A DNA stretch of 64,000 nt. Origin: Heteronotia binoei (taxonomy: Eukaryota). Location of the stretch: the NCBI RefSeq assembly GCF_032191835.1, contig NC_083241.1, positions 45,508,001-45,572,000 of the forward strand, written 5' to 3'. The translations under genes and the position numbers were made by a program. The notes beneath the pieces were generated by a model that was not told where the DNA came from, did not search any database, and saw only the letters and a list, made by a program, of their open reading frames with translations. Below, piece after piece: positions 57,112 through 64,000 of this stretch (position 1 is its first letter; the number at the start of each line of letters is the position of its first letter).

Positions 57112-60100
57112 CTAGCTGGCCGCTGACCCTCCCCGGAGCTGGGCCGGATCCCTTTCGTAGACATAAAGGTGGCTGCCGGTTCGGCCTTGAGGGAGGTGGG
57201 TGTGAAAGAAGGTGGCGGCTCTGCTGTACCCATTCGCAGCCAGAAAGGAGGCAATGTCCTGGGGGGGGGGACACGGCACCATTGGCAGACCTTGCAGCTG
57301 CACCGGGAAAGATGGTCACTGCTGCTTGAGTAGATGGAGCCTGGGAGGTGCAGGACATTGCAGCCTTTGCTAACGGGGCAGTGGTGCTGCTGCTGCGCCT
57401 CTTGTGGCCTCATGGTCTGGGGGGGCGGGCTGCTTCCTCCCTGCACCCCCCAGTGGAAGGAAGGCAGGAAGGAAGGATGGGCCCTGGGGGGGGGCCTGCT
57501 GCATCTTCCTGCAGGCTCCTGAACATCTTCCAAAACGTGTAGCTACAGGGAAGGGCGGTTCTCTTACCTGCAGCAGCACATTGAAGAAGACCACATGAGT
57601 GGGCAGCAGGGTTGTGTTAGAAAACTCCTCCCTGAGCCACTGCTGTGGGGCTGTGTAAAACCGGTCTGCTTCATCCATGTAATTGGCCTTCCCTGTCAGG
57701 TCTGGGGGGCACGCCAGAAACCTCAGCGGGAGCAGGCAGTGGAGGTGGCTGTGGGGGGGGGGGTGGAGTCACTGTGGGGGACAGAGGCCCATCTCCTCCC
57801 GGTTTCTTCAGAGATGGCATGTGTGTGGGGCGGAGCCCCCGCCTCCTCTTGGGGCCATTCCACTGCCCCCTCGCGGGCCACGCCCATCATAAAGGTACAG
57901 TGCCCCCTGCAACTGTAGACCGTGCCGTGGGGGTGCCCGGATCAGCCACTGTGTGGCAGGAGGTGGCCAGCTCCATTCCCCCCCAGTCCCCAGTCTGAGC
58001 AGATGCTCCCTCCCAGCAGCTGCTGCTGCATGGCCCCGAGTGCTGACCTGTAGTGAGGGGTGGAGTGACAGGGCATCAGGATCAAGACGGAAGCCGGGGG
58101 GGCTGTGGCGGGAGCTGTGGGGCACAGGCCTCGCAGGTAGCCCATGACGTCAAGGGTGCCGCGCTGATGGACCAGCCCCGTGTAGAGCGCAGGCAGCAGG
58201 TTGGCGACCAGCAGGAAGGCGCAGGCAGCCGGCCTCCATCTTCTCAGCCGCTGAAGAGACTGTCCTACACAGAGGTGGCCAGTCAAGGGACAAAGGGCAG
58301 CTTGTGCCTCTTGGAAGCATCGGGCTTTTCTCGGGGGGGGGGGGGGCCTCCGAGACCTGGCTGCTCAGCACAGGAGGGGGGGGGGGCGCAGCTGAGCCCC
58401 TCTGCCCACGTCCCAGCCGAAGGGCTTACCACAGAACACCATGCAGAACGGCAGCACGGGGTAGATGAAGCGGAATTCCTTGTGGCTCAGGGTGCTGGAA
58501 AGAAAGAGAAGACGGGCACTGGGAGGTGTCATGTAGCGGGCGGGCAGTGCCAGGGGAGGTACCTCCCCCCCTTTTCTGCCATGAGTCACTTCTCAGGTGG
58601 GTGCTACCCTTCTCCCTCCCGGCCCCAGGAGACTTCTGGGGTGTCCCCAGGGAAGAGAGGCTCTGACGGCTCGTACAGAACTCCCTTACTACTGCCTCTT
58701 GCTCCCCCTCCCCTGGGGCTCTGCCAGCACAAGAGTGCCCATTCCCTGGTGCTGCTGGGAGGAAGCCAGGAGGGAAGGAAGAGGCCTCTGCCAGGCAGAA
58801 AGCCCACCTGTAAACTGCCACTGTCCAAAGCACTGCTGCCAGCAAGACTCGCTGCCTGGCTGGGGCGTGGAAGCAGCCGTGGAGGAAGAAGGGGAGGTGG
58901 GCGCCCAGGACCACGGGCAAGCCCTGGGAGAAGTACCAGTGCCACGGGTGGGAGCCATAGAAGGCGGCCAAGTTGTGAAGGACATTGAACTTCAAGAAGT
59001 TCAGCTGAACCACGACCCACTGAAAGAGAGAGAAGCACAAGTCAGGCCTGATGGCACCCCCCCCCCTTCCCCATGTCAAGGGACCAGACCAGGTGTCCCT
59101 CCAGCCCATGAACTCCCCTGGCCAAAGAACAGCCGGTCCACTATGAGAGAGCCTCCGAAAGCAGCCAGCCTGCGAAGGGAGAAGAGAAAGCAGCTCAGGA
59201 CACAAGCAAGGTGCCTTCTCTCCCCATCCCCTTGGGGCTGTTCCATGGCCCCCCTCTCACCCCAGCGGGAGGCAGGTGTGCAGGAGCAGGTGCTGCTTCT
59301 GAGGCTCTTGCCAGAAGTGGTGCAGCAGCAGCGGAGTCCAGGGGAGGAGGGCGGTTGGGCGCACCAGGCAGGCCAGCGCCACCAGGGCCAGGCACTTCCC
59401 CCTGGGGAGAGCAGAGCGGATGAGCCCCTCCTGGCAGCTTCCCAGAGAAGCAGACCCCACAGCAGGGGCCGCTGCACAAACCCCGCAGGCAGGTGTCTGC
59501 AGTGGCCTCAACCTGTGTGCTCCTCCTGACCGAGGCTGGCTTCAGGCCGCCTTTCTCAAAGCAGCTTCTCCCAGCAGCTGGGTCACTCCCACCCTGGAGT
59601 GGAAACAACAACATCTCCAGTGGGGCTCTGGGAAGGCCCCCTTCCCCTGGGGGGGCTTGAGAAAGGAGGGCGGGCAAGCAGAGCCCAGTGGCCTCCTGGA
59701 CTTCCTTCTCTTCCCCACTCAGGAGCGCTCTCTGTCTGTCTCTCAGCTCCAGCTTCTCTCACCTGCTCCCCGGCTGTGTGCCTTCCATGGGGTAGTAGGA
59801 GAGAGCCACAGTGCCCAGAACGGTTTCCATGGTGTTGGTCAGAGTTCTGGTGCAGCAGAACCAGGTAAACCAAGAGCACAGCTGGCAGAACAACTGCAAA
59901 GGAGAGCAGCCGTGGGCAGAGGAGGAACAGGCAGGAGGGCTGGCACCTCCCTGCCCCCTGCCCTGCTGTGGAAGAAGGCCCTGCCCACAACCAGGCCGCC
60001 ACTCACCACCCACTTGGCCGTCTTCTCGCCATTCTCCAGGCGCTTGGCAAAGGAGTAGAGCTTCACATCTGCCAGGGCGGCCAGGAGGGCCTGGCTGAGC

Positions 60101-62520
60101 CTCGGGAGCCAGATCTGCCGGGTGGGGGGAGGATACCACTGTCAAGTCTGCTCCCACTAACCCTGAACTCTGCAAGCAGGAATCACTCACAAGATGGCAT
60201 GAAGCACAAGGACCCTGGGCCGGTATTCTCCACCGCAGTCCTCAGGGTTGCTAACACCCAACTTTAGGTTTCCGGCAGAGCTTGCCGAGCCCCTTCCCAA
60301 GCCCGCAGGTCCTCCCAAACTCCACCTGGGCCCCACTCCCTTCAAGTTGTTTCCTAGCAAACGCAGCTCACTCCACAAATGTGGAGCAAAGTCACACAGG
60401 TCTGGAAACCCAGACCCAGCATGTTCTGGCTTGGGAGGTTCAGGATCCCTGCACACCTCAAGGCATCAGTCAAGCTCTTCCTAGACAACAGCTGGCTCAG
60501 AAGGATCTCTCCACTTGGCCAGGCCAGGCTCTTGGGCAACAGGGCTTTTCTGCACCAAGCTCCTCCTGACAAGGCAGCCAACCCCTGCCTGCCTGCCTCC
60601 AAAGGGAGGTGTTGCAATGCACAAGCAGCCCCTCACCCCACCAGCCAGAAGGTGCCTCTTGGGCATGTCCCAAAGGAATGGTGGTTTTGCTCCCCTTTCC
60701 TGTTAAAAGTGGGGAATCACCGCACCCCCACCCCGCAAACACTGGCCATCTGCCTGCAGCCACAAAACACACAGGATGGCATAAGAAAAGAGAGGAGTTT
60801 GCACTCACCAGCCACTGCACCTCATCCCTGGAGAACAGCTGCAGCCCTTTATAGATGCCGGCAAAGAAGAGCGGGAAGAGGGAGCCCCGCAGCCCCTCGC
60901 TCCACTCCCAGGTCAAGTAGCCATACGTAGCAGCATTAAGGAGGCTGCGAAATGACAGAAGCACCCAAAGAAGGGAGCCGCGGCTGCCCTCCCTGCAGCC
61001 ACAAATGTCGCTTGTTCCGAAGGTCCCACAGGACTCTCGGGCTCCTTTCTGCCACGACAGACTGACTGACCCAGAAGGACTGCATGGCTGGCCTGGGGGG
61101 GGGCACCCTGAATTCCATTCACAAAACACTTTGGGCCCTCCCCCCACACACAAACACTCCGGGAGGCCACAGCCCTGAACCCACTTCTGGGGCCAGGCAA
61201 CGCTGCCCATGGCAGGGAAGGCTCTTGTTCCAGTCCCCAGTTCTGCCACAAACACCCCCAGCACCACCCCATGGGCTGGGGCTCCTAAAAAAGAGATGCC
61301 GTTGTCAAGATTGGGACTAAGGCCCAGTGCACTCCGAGAGTTTACACTGGAGAAAGTCCAGTTCTGCTTCTGTGTGAGCGTCCATGGGATTGGCCTTCAT
61401 CTCCTCGAGGAAATGCCCACCGGTTTTACTCTCTGATAGATAAGAAAAGGATATTTGAAGACCAGGCGATGGGCGACTTCGAGTGCCTGCCAGTACTCAT
61501 CTGGGACAAAACTGGTCTGGACGAAAAGGCAGTTGAGCAGCCTCAGGAAGACGGTGAACAAGGCCAGGCCGAGAGTTTCCCCCAGCACGGCTGCAGAAAG
61601 GCCCAAGAGGTCAGCCGTGCCATGTCCTCAGTCAGTCTCCGGGGCTAGCAATGGCTGCACCTCACAGTGCTGACAGCCAAGCCTTGAATGCACACGCCCC
61701 CCCCCCCCAAGCCCTGGCGCCATCTGGACACTGCAAGCCCACCTGCAGGGAGCGCCCCCAGGCCCAGGGAAGGAGGAAACTGCGGGAAGGGCAGCAGAAC
61801 ACCCCCCACCCCGCTGAGCCTCCTGGAGGGGGAGGGTGTGGCCTGCAAGGGCTGCCCCACCCCCTGCTGCCTGTCACAGCGGAGGTCCAGAAAAAATCGC
61901 AGGGGGCCATGAGCCAGAAGACCCCGTCCACGGGGGAAACAGCCTGGAGGGCTCCGGAGGAACCCCCCACCAGACCAGACTCTGTGCCCCCCCACGCTGC
62001 AAGGAGAGCTGCGTCCACTCAAGCCCCTCCCCCTGGCCTGAGCACTGGGGGGGGGGAGGGGAGGGAGACCCCCTCACCCCCCGGGAGGAAGACCCCCCCT
62101 CTCCACACGCAGTCTGTCCAGATTCACCCCCCACCAGACCAGACTCTGCGTGCCCCCCCCCTGCAAGGAGAGCTGCGTCCACTCAAGCCCCTCCCCCTGG
62201 CCTGAGCACTGGGGGGGAGGGGAGAGACCCCCCACCCCCCCTCTCCACACGCAGCCTCAGTCCAGACCAGACTCTGCCTGCCCCCCCCCCCCCACGCTGC
62301 AAGGAGAGCTGCGTCTCCACGGGGGGGGGGGAGGAGGGGAGGCTGTTGCTGCTGACGACTCAGCCCCCCCCTTCCTCTTCATTCGCGGGCCACCCGCCAG
62401 TCACTCACCGGAGCCCCGCCCCGCGGCGCCCCCAAGGGCGGGCTTATAAAGCGCCGACTTCCGCTTCCGCAGGCGAACGGGGGGGCCCGGGCTCCCCTCG
62501 CCTCCCGCCCCGGTCCCCAT
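57112..62520 (-). CDS. PIGB: GPI mannosyltransferase 3 (about 539 aa)
   Basis: Exons in transcript order: 62520-62409 ([10 protein letters not shown]), 61590-61455 ([11 protein letters not shown]), 60926-60809, 60114-60007, 59893-59763 ([12 protein letters not shown]), 59401-59261, 59169-59118, 59019-58808 ([13 protein letters not shown]), 58494-58430 ([12 protein letters not shown]), 58264-58048, 57748-57568, 57258-57112; total 1620 nt. Intron 2 is AT-AC; the intron 7 donor reads GG. Confidence 0.96.
60927..61454 (-). other. U12-type AT-AC intron (PIGB intron 2)
   Basis: 5' site ATATCCTTTT, branch TCCTTAAT about 10 nt from the end, terminal AC; splicing gives VFK|YGYLTWEW in frame. Confidence 0.93.
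61968..62320 (+). repeat. GC-rich minisatellite (about 3 copies of 130-160 bp) in PIGB intron 1
   Basis: ccagaccagactctg..ctgcaaggagagctgcgtc recurs near 61971, 62133 and 62261. Confidence 0.85.
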
Positions 62521-62728
62521 GGCAACGTCGCCCGCCCGGCTCCGTCGCCCCGCTTCCGGGAGGGGAGTGGCGGGTCGCGGGGGCGCCTTCCGGCTGGGGG
62601 AGGGGGAGGGCTGTGCGCGCGCACGCGCCCATCGCCCCCAGTCCTGAAGCGCGCAGGAAGTCCCGCCTCCAGGCGCCGGAAGTGCCCGCTGGAGAAGGCC
62701 GCGCGAGCCGAGGGAGGGAGGGAGGAAG
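62521..62728. promoter_or_regulatory. PIGB/PIGBOS1 bidirectional CpG-island promoter
   Basis: 208 bp between divergent ATGs; several CCGGAAG/CTTCCGG ETS motifs and an NRF1-like GTGCGCGCGCAC. Confidence 0.75.
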
Positions 62729-62899
62729 ATGCGGCGGGGCCCGAGCCTGGCGGAGGCGGTGATGGCGGCGGCCCTGGGCGTGGCCAGCGGGGTCTACATC
62801 TACAAGCCCCTCCTGCAGCCCCCCCCGGAGGAGGAGGAAGGAGCCGCCCCGCCCCCGCCACAGCCGCGCAAGGAGGAGGCCCGGCCCGCCCAAGCCTAA
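62729..62899 (+). CDS. PIGBOS1: PIGB opposite strand 1 microprotein (56 aa; outer-mitochondrial-membrane type)
   Basis: Manual translation MRRGPSLAEAVMAAALGVASGVYIYKPLLQPPPEEEEGAAPPPPQPRKEEARPAQA*, versus recalled human [29 protein letters not shown]. Divergent from PIGB; AATAAA at 63172-63177. Confidence 0.9.
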   Translation: MRRGPSLAEAVMAAALGVASGVYIYKPLLQPPPEEEEGAAPPPPQPRKEEARPAQA

Positions 62900-63664
62900 G
62901 TCCAGAGCAGACTCTGCGTGGCCCCCCGTAAGGAGAGCCAGACCCCCCGCCCCGAGGAGGAGGAGGAAGACAGCCGCGCGAGGAGGAGGAGGAGGAGGCC
63001 CGGCCCGCCCCGAGGAAGAGAGCGGCGCCCCTCCACCGCTGGGTGCCACACAAGGGCCCCCTGGCCCAGCGCCCCGAAGGAGGAGGGAGGGAGGCGGCGC
63101 CGTCGCGCTCTGGGGACTGGGCTCTCGGGCGCCCTCCGGAGGCTGCGAGTGAACCTGGCAACCCGTCCGTCAATAAATCTGCCTGCCTGCCGGGCCAGCG
63201 TGGAGTCCTTGGCTGCGGCGCCCTGCGGAGGGAGGAGGCTGGGGAAGGGGCGGGCGCTCTGCCCCCCCCCTCGGGGAAGCCCCCCTCCCCCAGGACCCCC
63301 CCCCCTTTCCTAGAGGGCACTGCTGCCGAGAGCGGGAGGGGGAAGGTGGTTCAAGAAGGGCCAGGGGACTCAGAGAACCAAGCGGCCTTTGGGCCACCCT
63401 AATGCACGCCCCCCCTAAATTCATCACTGCCACAAACTGGGGGGAGAGATTGCTTTTCTTGCTGCAAAGAAGCGCAGGGGGACCCCTGGCTCTAGAATCC
63501 CCTGCTGCTGAGAGAGGGCCACCAAGGCATCTGACTCCACGGCTCTCACTCAGCTCCAGGTCTGGCAATCCTTAGAGTCCCAGGCTAGCTGAAAGGAGGC
63601 CCCTGCCTCCTCCACTCTTCTAATGTTGGACCTCAGCCTCTGTGCCCTGCTGTTGGCTCTCTGG

Positions 63665-63955
63665 AGGAACTGCTTGGTCACTGTTTGGTGTAGTAGTCAA
63701 GTGCACAGAGTCTTATCTGGAACAGCCAGGTTTGATTTCCCACTTCTCCACTTGGAGCTGCTGGGGTGACCTTGGACCAGTCACAAATTCTTGCAGAGCT
63801 GTTCCTCTCAAGAGCAGTTCTCCAAAAGAGCTCTCTCAGCCCCATCTGCCTCACAGGGTGTCTGTTGTGGGGAGGGGAAGGGAAAAGAGATTGGAAGCTG
63901 CTCTCCTTCAGCTAGTGAAAGGCAGGGTGTAAGTCCTCTCTCTTCTCTGTTCTTC
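63665..63955 (+). mobile_element. Squam3-like SINE
   Basis: gtttggtgtagtagtcaagtgcacagagtcttatctggaacagccaggtttgatttccc..cacagggtgtctgttgtgggg. Confidence 0.85.
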
Positions 63956-64000
63956 ACTGTTTCGCTAGACAGGATGGTGGACTAGGTGGACCCCCTCTGG

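Noticed and set aside
62513-62526. X-box-like GTCCCCATGGCAAC over the PIGB start codon
   Set aside because: It is largely explained by the Kozak context (gccATGG on the minus strand), and PIGB is not a ciliary gene.
62900-63313. Open frame continuing past the PIGBOS1 stop (possible read-through)
   Set aside because: TAA-G is not a leaky stop context, and long open frames are expected at this GC content.

Overview
GC-rich, intron-compact vertebrate DNA, most likely from a gecko-type squamate (inferred from the SINE content, not proven). It holds the conserved block PRTG(+, 3' part) - PYGO1(+) - DNAAF4(+) - PIERCE2/C15orf65(-) - CCPG1(+) - PIGB(-) - PIGBOS1(+), in the same order and relative orientation as human 15q21.3. 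I rebuilt all exons by hand from splice sites, reading phase and recalled human proteins. Most ORF-track entries are GC-rich noise, and PIGBOS1 (56 aa) is missing from the track. The standout is a very young 3,719-bp Ty1/copia element in a DNAAF4 intron, with identical 398-bp LTRs and a GGGGC target-site duplication. Its single 886-aa Gag-PR-IN ORF has no RT/RNase H and lacks the integrase catalytic Glu. Its leader matches almost the whole 5' half of initiator tRNA-Met in two pieces: nt 10-41 at the PBS, stopping at the m1G9 position, and nt 1-9 plus an acceptor-strand mimic in U5. Other oddities: a GG donor and an AT-AC (U12) intron in PIGB, SINE-module tandem arrays, and a nested inverted-repeat island between PYGO1 and DNAAF4.
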